64,000 bases of DNA from an uncultured delta proteobacterium (GCA_963794325.1 CAWCDG010000003.1:288001-352000), one strand, 5' to 3'; positions 30,675 through 41,415 are shown, counted from the first letter of the stretch. Made by a program: numbers and translations. Notes: generated from the sequence alone by a model not told the origin.

Positions 30675-32807
30675 ATGCACTGGCGCGCGGGCGGCATCAT
30701 TCGAGTTGCCGGAATCGGCATACTCGGATCGCTGCTGCTCGCAGGATGTTCGTCGGGCACCAACGCGCCCCTCAATGCGACGAATCATTCGCGTGGAGAA
30801 TCTTCCGCTAAAGAAGAATCACCTTTTTGGGATTTCACCCGGAGCAAGCGCCCGAAGATTTCCGCAGGCGGGCTTGAAGCTCCCGAGATCGGAACGACCT
30901 TGGGCGGAAACCTGCTCGTCAATGGAGATTTCTCCGCCGGCTTGCAGGGCTGGAATACCAGCACGCACTGTTTTCGCCCGGACTCTTCGACTCGCGCTCC
31001 CAACGGAAACCCAACTCTGAAGATCGAAAACCCCGACTCGTGCGGGCCCTTCACGAAGATAACGACTAACCAGTTCGTCGCTCCGCCCGGCATTTATTCG
31101 ATAGGCGGCGAGCTCAAAACCTCGGAGTTGACCGAGTCGAAAGCTCCGGTCGACGAATCGCAAATGGATTTGGATTTGTTCACCGCCTGCGAAACGGAAT
31201 TGGTGAACCGCGGCTCCGACTGGCAGGACTTTGCCGGCAAGCATTGCGTGGTTGAGCCCGGTACCGACTCTCCCTTTCGGCTCGCAATCGACGGCAAAAC
31301 TTCCGGCTCTGCCTGGTTCGCCAACATGTACGTGCGAAGGGAAATCCCGCCTCCCGTCCAGGTCTTCATGCTCTATCCGAACTATCGTGGATACCTGTTT
31401 GCCGACCAGCCGAATGAAGTGCGAGCGGCGGTGAAGCTCAATCGCGGCCCCGGCCTGCGCCGCGAAGATCTGGTCTTTCAGCTCGAGGCGATGCGCACCG
31501 ATTCCGGATCGAAGACCGATCATAACTACCAGTCGCCTGCCGATGATTTCACGGCGACTATGGATTTCAGCTCGATGCCCACCGGAGCCTACCAGGTGCG
31601 CGCGAGGCTTTTGGACAAGAATGGAACGGTGCTTTTCGAGCAACCGCCGTATCGGATCGTGAAAGTCGATTCGGAGGCAGGGGGCCGCTTGAAAGCTTGG
31701 ATCGATGATGGCAATCGCGCGCACTTCGGCGACGGCAATGCGCATTTTGTAATTGGCATTTACGACACTTCGGGCTATTCGAATTCTCCGCAAGCATACA
31801 GCCGCTCCCTCGACGAGATCTCCCAAGCGCCGATCAACATGATGATCAATTATTTCATAACCAACGCGCCGATAAGCTCCATCGATGCCTATACGGAGGA
31901 ATTGCAGACGCACGGCATCTTCTTTTTGCCGACCGTCGGTAACTTCTACGAGGATGACAAAGGCTACCCGAAGAATCCGGTCACCCACCTGGGCGCCTCG
32001 AACCAGGACGAACTCATAGCGCGATACGCCAACGCGCTCGCGACGAACCCGGCAATTGTCGGCTACTACGTTCAGGACGAGCCGACCGCTGACAAGGTCG
32101 CGCGCACCTTCCATCAATACCAGGTGATCAAGGCTAACGACCCGGCCGGATTCAACCTGATCGCTCTGGATCGCCCGGCTGACGTCCAGTTTTGGAAGGA
32201 CGCGGTTGACGTCGTGGGCGTCGATCCCTATCCGCTGTGGCTCCCCGTCGACAACTACATCGGTGAAGTGGGCGAGTGGACCCGGACGGCGGTGAATGCG
32301 GTCCATGGTTCCAGACCAGTCTGGACGATCATCCAGTTTTTCCAGGCCGACGCGATGTCTTCATGGCCGACCGAACAGCAGTTGCACGATATGACCTGGA
32401 TGGCGATCGCGGAGGGCGCGTCCGGAGTTTTCTATTGGTCGCATGGGATGCGCGCGCTCGGGTGGGTCAGGAATCCCGCGCAGCATGCACTGCTATGGGG
32501 TTCCCTGATCCGCGTGACCAAAGAGATCAAAGATCTCGAGCCGGTGCTACTGCGGCCCGATACGCCAGTCCTCGCCTCCAGGCCCTCTGAGGACATCGTC
32601 ACCCGCGAGAAAACCGGCGCAGACGGCAGTCGCTACGTGATCGCGTACAATCGAACCAATGCGGACGCGACAGCGCATTTCGTCCTAAAATCCCCAGCGC
32701 AATCGGCAATAGTGCGCCGCTTCGCGGCAAAGCTCGAAATCAGGAACGGACTGATTTTCGACGACCAGTTCGCGCCCTACGAAGCGAAAATCTACGAAAT
32801 CCGCTAG
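30675..32807 (+). CDS. Lipoprotein with carbohydrate-binding-like N-terminus and glycoside-hydrolase-like barrel
   Basis: Lipobox LLAGC; NLLVNGDF; GYYVQDEP, DVVGVDPYP, AEGASGVFYW. Confidence 0.65.
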   Translation: MHWRAGGIIRVAGIGILGSLLLAGCSSGTNAPLNATNHSRGESSAKEESPFWDFTRSKRPKISAGGLEAPEIGTTLGGNLLVNGDFSAGLQGWNTSTHCFRPDSSTRAPNGNPTLKIENPDSCGPFTKITTNQFVAPPGIYSIGGELKTSELTESKAPVDESQMDLDLFTACETELVNRGSDWQDFAGKHCVVEPGTDSPFRLAIDGKTSGSAWFANMYVRREIPPPVQVFMLYPNYRGYLFADQPNEVRAAVKLNRGPGLRREDLVFQLEAMRTDSGSKTDHNYQSPADDFTATMDFSSMPTGAYQVRARLLDKNGTVLFEQPPYRIVKVDSEAGGRLKAWIDDGNRAHFGDGNAHFVIGIYDTSGYSNSPQAYSRSLDEISQAPINMMINYFITNAPISSIDAYTEELQTHGIFFLPTVGNFYEDDKGYPKNPVTHLGASNQDELIARYANALATNPAIVGYYVQDEPTADKVARTFHQYQVIKANDPAGFNLIALDRPADVQFWKDAVDVVGVDPYPLWLPVDNYIGEVGEWTRTAVNAVHGSRPVWTIIQFFQADAMSSWPTEQQLHDMTWMAIAEGASGVFYWSHGMRALGWVRNPAQHALLWGSLIRVTKEIKDLEPVLLRPDTPVLASRPSEDIVTREKTGADGSRYVIAYNRTNADATAHFVLKSPAQSAIVRRFAAKLEIRNGLIFDDQFAPYEAKIYEIR

Positions 32808-33011
32808 CACCGGGGCTTCCTGTATAAAATTCACATTCGCAGCGGGATTGCCCTCTCGCGCGCAGGACGCCCTGCCTCAAATCGAGCCAAGGCATTTTGC
32901 ATCGCTCTTTAGACATTTATGCTGTGCCCTATCGATATGAATCAGAATGTGTTACACAGAGCCACTTCCAAAAGAGACAAAGCGATCTTTGGCGATGTTT
33001 GAGGGGACATA

Positions 33012-35855
33012 ATGCATCGACGCAATTTTTACAGGGCGCGCGGTAACGCATTTCGCGGTTTTATCCTCGTGGCTTCAGTCGCTTTAGTGGCGATGCTAGC
33101 TCAGCGTTTGGGGGCCGCCGCCTCGCAAGACGGGCAGCGTCCCACTGCAACGCAGATGGAGTCTGCCCAAGCGAAATTCCACGTTGTCGATCTGTATGCG
33201 AAACAGCCTTTGAGTTTTGAACGCAACGACGGTCAGACCGACGCCCAGGTGAAATTCATCTCGCGCGGCGATCGCTATACGCTGTTCCTCACTTCGGCCG
33301 AGGCGGTCCTCGCGCTGCGCGCTCCTCACACGGAATCTGGCAAGGCGAACAAGGTCGAATCCGCGATACTGCGCATCAAGCTGGTCGATGCCAACCCCGG
33401 CGCTCGAATCGAGGCGATGGACCAGCTTGCGAGCAAGTCAAATTACTTTGTCGGCAAAGATCCCGGAAAGTGGCATACGAACATTCCCGGCTACGCGCGA
33501 GTGAAGTACCGCAACGTCTATTCGGGAATCGATCTCGTGTACTACGGCGCGAGCCAGCGCCAACTCGAGTATGACTTCGTGATCGCGCCGGGCGCGAACC
33601 CAAATGCGATCGGGCTGCGCTTCGACGGCGCAAGGCAGATGACCCTCAACCACGATGGCGATCTGATTCTGCGGCTCGCCGATGGCGGCGAGGTCATCCA
33701 CCACGCGCCTGTTATCTACCAGGAGCGCGACGGCGTACGCGAAAAAGTAGATGGCAAATTGGTGCTCAAGGGTCAGGATTCGATCGGCTTCCAATTGGCG
33801 GCGTATGACCACGCGCGGCCAGTGTTCATCGATCCAGGACTGAGTTACTCGACCTATCTCGGTGGCACTGGTGGTGACAGCGGCCAGGCTATCGCCGTCG
33901 ATTCGATGGGCTTCGCCTACGTGACGGGGATAACCGAGTCGGCCCCCTTTCCTACTACTATAGGCGCGTACAAGACCACCCCTCCCGGCGGCGGAAACAT
34001 GTTCGTGACCAAGCTGGAAGCTGACGGGTCCGGACCGGTTTACTCGACCTATTTGGGTGGTGATATTCACGACAATTTCGAGGGCGGGTATGGCATCGCC
34101 GTCGATTCCACCGGCAATGCGTACATCACGGGCGACGCCGGGAACAACGGCGATTTCCCCACGACTCTCGGCGCGTTCCAGACCGGCCCGTCCGGCGGCT
34201 ATTCTGACGGGTTCGTCACGAAGCTGAGCCCCGACGGCTCGACGTTGGTCTATTCGACCTATCTCGGCGGCACCTATCATCCAGCCGCAGGTACAACGAA
34301 CGGATATGCCATCGCGATCGATTCCATGGGATTCGCCTACGTCACTGGAAAAACCACGTCGGGCAGCTTTCCCACAACCATGGGAGCGTACCAGACCGCT
34401 AACAACTGCATCAGTTGCACCAACGCCTTCGTAACGAAAATGAAGACCGACGGCACGGGACTGGTTTACTCGACGTACCTCGGTGGCAGTGGCAGTCCTT
34501 ACGGCGGCGACAGCGCCACCGGCATCGCCGTCGATTCCTCGGGGAATGCCTATGTAGGGGGGACCGCCAACTCGTCTGATTTTCCCAAGACTACTGGAGC
34601 GTACCGCACTACCAATTCCGGCTTTTCAGATGCGTTCGTGACGAAACTGAAGCCCGATGGCACCGGCTTGGTGTACTCCACTTACTTGGGCGGCAGTCAA
34701 CCTGATATCGGTGAAGGCATCGCCATCGATTCCGCCGGCAGCGCCTATGTGACGGGTTACACCGGATCGAACGACTTTCCTCACACCAGTGGAGCGTTTC
34801 AAACCGCAATGCGCACCATCTACGGGAACGCGTTCGTGACGAAGTTGACGCCTGACGGCTCGGGACTGGCTTACTCGACCTACCTCGGCGGCTACGGCGA
34901 TACGGCTGATAGCGTCATCAACAGCTACGGCGCCGAGCATGCGTTCGGCATCGCGGTCGATTCCTTCGGCCATGCCTATGTGACGGGAGAAACCTGGTCG
35001 AGCAACTATTTTTGCGCCGGCGCGAACAACCCGATCTCATGTTGTAGCGGCGGCGGAACTGGCACGTGCAACTTTCCCATCACCGGCGATGCGTTCCAGT
35101 CGACCAACAATGCCAGCAATATCGACAATCCAGGACCTAACGCCTTCGTGACGAAAATGAATCTCGACGGCTCGGGCCTGGTTTACTCGACCTACCTTGG
35201 CGGTAGCGCCGCGTACAACGGCGACCGTGGATTTGCCATCGCCGTCGATTCTGTCGGCGACGCCTACGTGACGGGCTCATCGTATTCGACCGACTTCCCC
35301 TTCACCCTGGGGGCATTCCAGACCATGAACAATGGCGGCGGCGGCGACGCCTTCGTTACCAAGCTCATCGTGCCTGCCGGCGCGACTTCGACGCCGACAG
35401 CTACTGCCACCGCAACCAGCTCCGCGACTCCGACCGCGACCGCCAGCGCAACCGCAACCGCTACCGCCACCGCGACGTCGACCTCGACCAGCGCGACGGC
35501 TACCGCAACTCCAACCGCTACCCCGACGCCGGGCGGCGGACGAATCTCGGTGATGCCGAAGCATCTGAACTTGAGCGCGTTACCGTCCGCGACGGCCTCG
35601 GCGAGCATCACGATCCGCAACACCGGTACCGGGCCGCTGATCGTCAACGTTACGGCGCCGAAGCACAATCCGCCGCTCAAGGAGCTCAACGGCGGAAGCC
35701 ACATCGTTATCCCGGCAGGCGGACCAGCCCTTGAGGTGATGATCGTCTACTCGCCGACCAGGAAAGGATCGACCAAGGATTCGATCTCGATAACCAGCGA
35801 CGATCGCACCCACAAGAAAGCGATCAAGATGAAGATCGTCGGCAAGTCGAAATAG
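33012..35855 (+). CDS. SBBP beta-propeller repeat protein with Thr-X linker and C-terminal Ig-like domain
   Basis: LSFERNDGQ N-terminal domain; ~7 repeats YSTYLGG...IAVDS.G.AYVTG...FP...AFVTKL. Confidence 0.88.
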   Translation: MHRRNFYRARGNAFRGFILVASVALVAMLAQRLGAAASQDGQRPTATQMESAQAKFHVVDLYAKQPLSFERNDGQTDAQVKFISRGDRYTLFLTSAEAVLALRAPHTESGKANKVESAILRIKLVDANPGARIEAMDQLASKSNYFVGKDPGKWHTNIPGYARVKYRNVYSGIDLVYYGASQRQLEYDFVIAPGANPNAIGLRFDGARQMTLNHDGDLILRLADGGEVIHHAPVIYQERDGVREKVDGKLVLKGQDSIGFQLAAYDHARPVFIDPGLSYSTYLGGTGGDSGQAIAVDSMGFAYVTGITESAPFPTTIGAYKTTPPGGGNMFVTKLEADGSGPVYSTYLGGDIHDNFEGGYGIAVDSTGNAYITGDAGNNGDFPTTLGAFQTGPSGGYSDGFVTKLSPDGSTLVYSTYLGGTYHPAAGTTNGYAIAIDSMGFAYVTGKTTSGSFPTTMGAYQTANNCISCTNAFVTKMKTDGTGLVYSTYLGGSGSPYGGDSATGIAVDSSGNAYVGGTANSSDFPKTTGAYRTTNSGFSDAFVTKLKPDGTGLVYSTYLGGSQPDIGEGIAIDSAGSAYVTGYTGSNDFPHTSGAFQTAMRTIYGNAFVTKLTPDGSGLAYSTYLGGYGDTADSVINSYGAEHAFGIAVDSFGHAYVTGETWSSNYFCAGANNPISCCSGGGTGTCNFPITGDAFQSTNNASNIDNPGPNAFVTKMNLDGSGLVYSTYLGGSAAYNGDRGFAIAVDSVGDAYVTGSSYSTDFPFTLGAFQTMNNGGGGDAFVTKLIVPAGATSTPTATATATSSATPTATASATATATATATSTSTSATATATPTATPTPGGGRISVMPKHLNLSALPSATASASITIRNTGTGPLIVNVTAPKHNPPLKELNGGSHIVIPAGGPALEVMIVYSPTRKGSTKDSISITSDDRTHKKAIKMKIVGKSK

Positions 35856-36012
35856 GCTGAACTATCGTCGCTAACCACGCACGCAACAAAGCGGCGAGCC
35901 ATAAGGCTCGCCGGTGGGTCTTCGCAGTGCTTGAGGTTAACGCGACCGGACGGTTTTGTCATCGCGATCTGCGGCCTTGCATCTAAACTTGGACCGATGA
36001 AACAATTCAAAG

Positions 36013-36381
36013 GTGCCGCTCAGCAATCCCGCAGACGATCCGTTCACCAAACTCGCGCAGAATCTCGGCGAGCTCGAGATTGTGATCGGCGAGCGCGCCC
36101 GGCCCGCGATTGCCGGGGTGCGCGACCGTCTGCGCGAAGCGCTCGCGTGTCGTGAGCGGGGCGACATGGCTGGGTCGATCGCCGCGATTCGCCTGGCGAT
36201 GGGCCAGTTGGCCGCGCTCGGTGCCGCGCTCGATCCGGCGGAAGGCGCCGTGATGCGGACAATCGCGGAGCGATTCACCGAAGCGCTTGGCGCCGGCCAC
36301 AAAGGTGAGGCGAAATCCAGCGTGGACGTGATGCGTCGAAAAGCCGGCGACACCAAGGACGACGACAAGAAGGACTGGTAA
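36013..36381 (+). CDS. Hypothetical helical protein
   Basis: GTG-start ORF with coding-like codon bias; no recognisable motif. Confidence 0.55.
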   Translation: MPLSNPADDPFTKLAQNLGELEIVIGERARPAIAGVRDRLREALACRERGDMAGSIAAIRLAMGQLAALGAALDPAEGAVMRTIAERFTEALGAGHKGEAKSSVDVMRRKAGDTKDDDKKDW

Positions 36382-36481
36382 CTCACGCCCGTTTGCGGCT
36401 GGTCTCGCAGGTAGGCGAGAATCCATTCACTGAAAAAACTGGCGGATTCGACGGCCGCCCTTAACTAATCGTGGTGAAATC

Positions 36482-38521
36482 TTGGCGACTGCAGCACAAA
36501 TCAAAGTGAAAAAAGGGAACCAGTCCGACCTGGACCAAACCTGCATCAACGCGATTCGCGTGCTGACTATCGACGCGGTCCAGAAGGCCAACAGCGGCCA
36601 CTGCGGACTGCCGATGGGCATGGCGCCCGCCGCCTACCTGCTCTACACGCGCTTCATGCGCCACAACCCGAAAAATCCGAAATGGTTCGGCCGCGACCGC
36701 TTCGTGCTGTCGGCCGGCCACGGCTCGATGCTGCTCTACAGCATTCTCTATCTCGCCGGCTACGACATCTCGCTCGACGACATCAAGCAGTTCCGCCAGC
36801 TCGGCAGCCGAACCCCCGGCCATCCCGAGCATTGGTGCGTCCCCGGCGTCGAGACTACCACCGGCCCGCTCGGCCAGGGCGTCGGCAACGCGGTGGGCAT
36901 GGCCTTGGCGGCGAAGCATCTCGAGGCGCGTTTCGAGCGCGACAACTCGGGCCTGTTCGACCATCGCATCTTCGGCATCTGCAGCGACGGCGATCTGATG
37001 GAAGGAGTCGCCAGTGAGGCGGCGTCGATCGCGGGGCATCTCGGGCTCGGCAATATCATTTTTCTGTACGACGACAACCACGTGACTATCGACGGGCACA
37101 CGGAGCTCAGCTTCGACGAGGATGTGGTCAAACGCTTCGACGCTTACAAGTGGCATACGCAGGACGTGGCGGACGCGAACGACCTCGGCGCATTGTCGAA
37201 GGCGATTGAAAATGGAATCGCGGAGACCGGCCGGCCGTCATTGATTCGGGTCCACTCGATCATCGGCTACGGCAGCCCGCACAAGCAGGGCACCTCAGCC
37301 GCGCATAGCAATCCGCTCGGCGTCGAAGAGGTCAAGCTGACCAAGGAATTCTACAAGTATCCAACCGAACCGCCATTTTTTGTTCCCGACGACGCGCTCG
37401 CGCACTTTCGCGAATGCGTCGAGCGCGGCGCGGAACAAGAGCAGGATTGGAGCGCGAAGTTCGGGACCTACGCCAAAAAGAATTCCTCCCTGGCCGGCGA
37501 GTTTCAGTCAACGCTCGCGAAAGAGCTGCCCGCGGGATGGGACGCTGAACTGCCGGTCTTCACGCCCAAGGACAGCCTCGCGACTCGAGTATCAGCCTCG
37601 CAGGCCGAGGCCTCCATCGCGAAAAAAGTCTGGAACCTGTTCGGCGGCTCCGCCGATTTGAACGAATCCACTTTCACCGACATCAAGGACGGCGGCGATT
37701 TCGAGCGCGGCCACTTCGACGGGCGCAATCCGCATTTCGGCATCCGCGAGCACGGCATGTGCTCCATCCTCAACGGCATCGCGCTGCACGGCGGGTTCAT
37801 CCCGTATGGTTCGAGCTTCTTGTGCTTCACCGACTACGCGCGTCCGTCGATTCGGCTCGCGGCGCTGATGGAAATCCAGGTGGTATTTGTGTTCACCCAT
37901 GATTCGATCGGCGTCGGCGAGGACGGCCCGACCCACGAGCCGATCGAACAGCTGTCGTCGTTGCGCGCGATTCCGCATCTCACCGTGATTCGTCCAGGCG
38001 ATGCGAACGAGGCGGTCGAGGCGTGGCGCACCACCATGACGCATACCGAAGGCCCGGTGCTGCTCGCGCTCTCGCGCCAGAAAGTGCCGACGCTCGATCG
38101 CACCAAGCTGGCGCCCGCCAGCGGCGCACGGCGCGGTGGATACGTCATTACCGAGACGCAAGGACGTCCCGCGGAAATAATTTTGATAGGCGCGGGATCG
38201 GAGCTGTCGCTGGTCGTCGATGCGAAAGCAAAACTCGAAGATAAGGGCAAAGCGGTCCGCGTCGTGAGCATGCCCAGCGAAAATATTTTTGAAAAGCAGG
38301 ATCAGGCTTATCGCGACTCCGTGCTGCCGCCGAATATTCGCCGCCGACTGGCCGTGGAAGCGGGCGCGCCGATGTCGTGGTACCGATGGGTCGGGCTCGA
38401 CGGCGATATTCTCGGGATGACGACTTACGGCGCGTCGGGCAAATCCGAAGACGTGATGAAGCATTTCGGTTTCACTGTGGACAACGTCGTCGAGCGCGCA
38501 CTGAAATTGCTCGCGCGCTAA
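36482..38521 (+). CDS. tkt: Transketolase
   Basis: RDRFVLSAGH, TTGPLGQG, SDGDLMEG, THDSIGVGEDGPTH. Confidence 0.96.
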   Translation: MATAAQIKVKKGNQSDLDQTCINAIRVLTIDAVQKANSGHCGLPMGMAPAAYLLYTRFMRHNPKNPKWFGRDRFVLSAGHGSMLLYSILYLAGYDISLDDIKQFRQLGSRTPGHPEHWCVPGVETTTGPLGQGVGNAVGMALAAKHLEARFERDNSGLFDHRIFGICSDGDLMEGVASEAASIAGHLGLGNIIFLYDDNHVTIDGHTELSFDEDVVKRFDAYKWHTQDVADANDLGALSKAIENGIAETGRPSLIRVHSIIGYGSPHKQGTSAAHSNPLGVEEVKLTKEFYKYPTEPPFFVPDDALAHFRECVERGAEQEQDWSAKFGTYAKKNSSLAGEFQSTLAKELPAGWDAELPVFTPKDSLATRVSASQAEASIAKKVWNLFGGSADLNESTFTDIKDGGDFERGHFDGRNPHFGIREHGMCSILNGIALHGGFIPYGSSFLCFTDYARPSIRLAALMEIQVVFVFTHDSIGVGEDGPTHEPIEQLSSLRAIPHLTVIRPGDANEAVEAWRTTMTHTEGPVLLALSRQKVPTLDRTKLAPASGARRGGYVITETQGRPAEIILIGAGSELSLVVDAKAKLEDKGKAVRVVSMPSENIFEKQDQAYRDSVLPPNIRRRLAVEAGAPMSWYRWVGLDGDILGMTTYGASGKSEDVMKHFGFTVDNVVERALKLLAR

Positions 38522-38559
38522 AGCGCTCGACCGAATTATCAACCAGGAGCGAGCGAACA

Positions 38560-41412
38560 ATGGCCGCCGAAAATCCACTAAAGCAGTTGGAGCGGTTTGG
38601 ACAGGCCGTATGGCTCGATTACATACGCCGTCATCTGCTCACGTCCCCCGAGTTTCGCCGCATGCTCGACGAGGACGGCCTCAAGGGCATGACCTCCAAT
38701 CCGACGATCTTCGAAAAGGCGATCGCCGGGTCCACCGACTACGACGATCAGCTCAAGCAACTCGCGCCCACCAAAAAAAGCGTCGACGAAATTTACGATG
38801 CGCTGTCGATGCAGGATATAAAGATGGCCGCCGACGCGTTCCGCCCGCTCTACGACAAGAGCGGCGGCATCCACGGCTACATCAGCTATGAAGTCTCGCC
38901 GACCCTGGCCAACGACACCGACGGAACCATCGCGGCGGCGCGGCGCTACTGGTCTGCGCTCGAGCGGCCCAATGTGCTGATCAAGGTCCCGTCGACGCCC
39001 GCGGGTCTGCCTGCGATCGAGCAGCTGATTTCCGAAGGGATCAACGTCAACGTGACGCTGATGTTTTCGATGAAGCATTACGACAGCGTCGCCGAGGCGT
39101 TTGTCCGCGGCCTCGAACGCCGGCTCAAGGCGAACAAGTCGATCGACAAGGTATGGTCGGTCGCCAGTGTCTTCGTCAGCCGCGTCGAGACTCTCGTCGA
39201 TCGCAAACTCGAGGACAAACTGAAGGCATCGCCGAACGAGGCGGTCGCTGCGCTGATCGGCACGTCGGCCGTCGCGAACTCGCGGCTCATCTACCAGCGC
39301 TACAAGGAAATTTTCCAAGGCAGTCGGTTCAAGGACGTGCTCGCGAAAGGCGGGCGTCCGCAATGGCCGCTATGGGCCAGCACTGGCACCAAGAATCACG
39401 CCTACAGCGACGTCAAGTACGTCGAGGAACTTGTCGGCCCCGACACCGTTGACACGATGCCGCCGGCGACGATGGATGCGTTCCGCGATCACGGCAAGCC
39501 GCGCGCGTCGCTCGAAGAGGGCCTCGATGAGGCTCGCGAGACCGTAAAGCGGCTGGCGGCCGTCGGGATCGATCTGATCGAGGTCGGCGAGGAATTGCAG
39601 AAAGAGGGCGTCGAGTCGTTTGCGCAGTCGTTCCAGGATTTGAGCGCGGTAATCAAAGGTCGGCGCGCGGCAATCGTCGATGGCGCGCAGGACAAGCAGA
39701 CAATCACTGCGACCGGGTACGAATCGCAGGTCAGCAGTGCATACAAGGATCTCGACAAGAGCGAATTTCCCGCGCGGCTGTGGAAGAAGGACGCCGCGCT
39801 CTGGTCGAAAGACACTGCGGCACAGCAGGCAATCAAGAAGGGGCTTGGCTTTCTGAACGTTCCCGATATTACGGCCGAGCGGGTGAAAGATCTCACGTCA
39901 TTTGTCGATGAGGTTCGAAATGCCGGCTTCCGCGATGTCGTGCTGCTCGGGATGGGCGGTTCGTCGCAGAGCGCGGAGCTGTTCGCGACGACATTTTCGA
40001 GCGCGCCGGGTTATCCGAAGCTTCACGTGCTCGATACGACAGTCCCCGAAACGATCCGCGCGCTCGATCGCAACATCGACATCACCAAGACTTTTTTCGT
40101 CGTCGCGAGCAAAACCGGTGAGACTATCGAAACCTTGTCTCACTTCAGCGCGTTCTTCGATCGCGTCAAGGCGAAGTCGAAGAATCCGGCGGGATCGCAT
40201 TTCGCCGCGATTACTGATCCGGGCACCAGGCTCGCCTCCATCGCGAAGGAAAATAAATTCCGCCGCGTGTTCCTGAATCCTCCCGACATCGTGGGCTGCT
40301 ATTCGGTCCTGTCTTATTTCGGGCTGGCGCCCGCCGCGCTGATTGGGGTGGACGTGGCCACTATCATCGATCGAGCGGTTCGGATGACGCATAGCTCCGC
40401 GGGATGCGTGCGGGTCGAGGAAAATCTCGGCGTGAGTTTGGGAGCGGCTCTGGGAGCGCTCAAGAAAGCGGGGCGCGACAAGGTCACGTTTATAATTTCG
40501 CCGCCGATCAGTGCGTTCGGACTGTGGGTCGAGCAGTTGATCGCTGAGAGCACCGGCAAGAACGGCATCGCGATCGTGCCGGTTTGCGACGAGCCTTCGG
40601 TCGCCCCGAAGTCCTACGGCAAGGACCGCGTGTTCGTTTACCTGAAGCTCGACAAGGGCGCAGATGCCGCGCAGGACGCGGCGTTCGAATCGATCAAGAA
40701 GGCCAACATCCCGACGGTGCAAATCACATTGCCGGAAAAAATCGACCTCGGCGAAGAATTCATGCGCTGGGAGATCGCCTCGGCGACTGCCGCTTCCGTA
40801 ATCGGCGTCGATCCGTTCGCTCAGCCAGGAGTTCAGGAGAGTAAGGACAACACCGCCCGAATCCTCGCCGAGTTCGCGCGCAGCAAGAAATTTCCCGGAC
40901 AGATGCCGATTGCCGAGAATGGCAAGCTCGCGCTTTTTTCAGGAGGTGCTGCGGGCGATGCGATGAAGGGCGCGCGCGATTTTCGCGCGATGCTCGGCGC
41001 GTTCTTCAATCTCGCAAAGCCCGGCGATTACTTCGCCACGATGGCGTACGTGTCGTCCAATCCGACCGTGGACAAAACGATCGCGGCGATTCGCAAAGCG
41101 GTCGTCGGGCGCTACGGTATCGCGACCACCTTCGGCTACGGCCCGCGCTGCCTGCATTCGACTGGACAGTTGCATAAGGGCGGTCCGAACACCGGTCTGT
41201 TCCTGCAGCTCACGCAGGACCATCGCGATACGGTTGCTATCCCCGGTGCGCCGTACGATTTCGCTCAACTCAACCAGGCGCAGTATCTTGGAGATTTCCA
41301 GTCACTCGAGGCGCATGGACGCCGCGTGATTCGCGTCCATCTGGCGGGCGGCGATCCGATCGAGGCGATCGAAGCTCTTGGCAAGGAGATTGTTGCAGCG
41401 ATCGCCAGGTAA
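38560..41412 (+). CDS. Transaldolase / glucose-6-phosphate isomerase fusion
   Basis: GMTSNPTIF, NVLIKVP, LWASTGTK; then GMGGSS, ASKTG.T.ET, EQLIAESTGK; AGGAG RBS before ATG 38560. Confidence 0.92.
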   Translation: MAAENPLKQLERFGQAVWLDYIRRHLLTSPEFRRMLDEDGLKGMTSNPTIFEKAIAGSTDYDDQLKQLAPTKKSVDEIYDALSMQDIKMAADAFRPLYDKSGGIHGYISYEVSPTLANDTDGTIAAARRYWSALERPNVLIKVPSTPAGLPAIEQLISEGINVNVTLMFSMKHYDSVAEAFVRGLERRLKANKSIDKVWSVASVFVSRVETLVDRKLEDKLKASPNEAVAALIGTSAVANSRLIYQRYKEIFQGSRFKDVLAKGGRPQWPLWASTGTKNHAYSDVKYVEELVGPDTVDTMPPATMDAFRDHGKPRASLEEGLDEARETVKRLAAVGIDLIEVGEELQKEGVESFAQSFQDLSAVIKGRRAAIVDGAQDKQTITATGYESQVSSAYKDLDKSEFPARLWKKDAALWSKDTAAQQAIKKGLGFLNVPDITAERVKDLTSFVDEVRNAGFRDVVLLGMGGSSQSAELFATTFSSAPGYPKLHVLDTTVPETIRALDRNIDITKTFFVVASKTGETIETLSHFSAFFDRVKAKSKNPAGSHFAAITDPGTRLASIAKENKFRRVFLNPPDIVGCYSVLSYFGLAPAALIGVDVATIIDRAVRMTHSSAGCVRVEENLGVSLGAALGALKKAGRDKVTFIISPPISAFGLWVEQLIAESTGKNGIAIVPVCDEPSVAPKSYGKDRVFVYLKLDKGADAAQDAAFESIKKANIPTVQITLPEKIDLGEEFMRWEIASATAASVIGVDPFAQPGVQESKDNTARILAEFARSKKFPGQMPIAENGKLALFSGGAAGDAMKGARDFRAMLGAFFNLAKPGDYFATMAYVSSNPTVDKTIAAIRKAVVGRYGIATTFGYGPRCLHSTGQLHKGGPNTGLFLQLTQDHRDTVAIPGAPYDFAQLNQAQYLGDFQSLEAHGRRVIRVHLAGGDPIEAIEALGKEIVAAIAR

Positions 41413-41415
41413 CCT

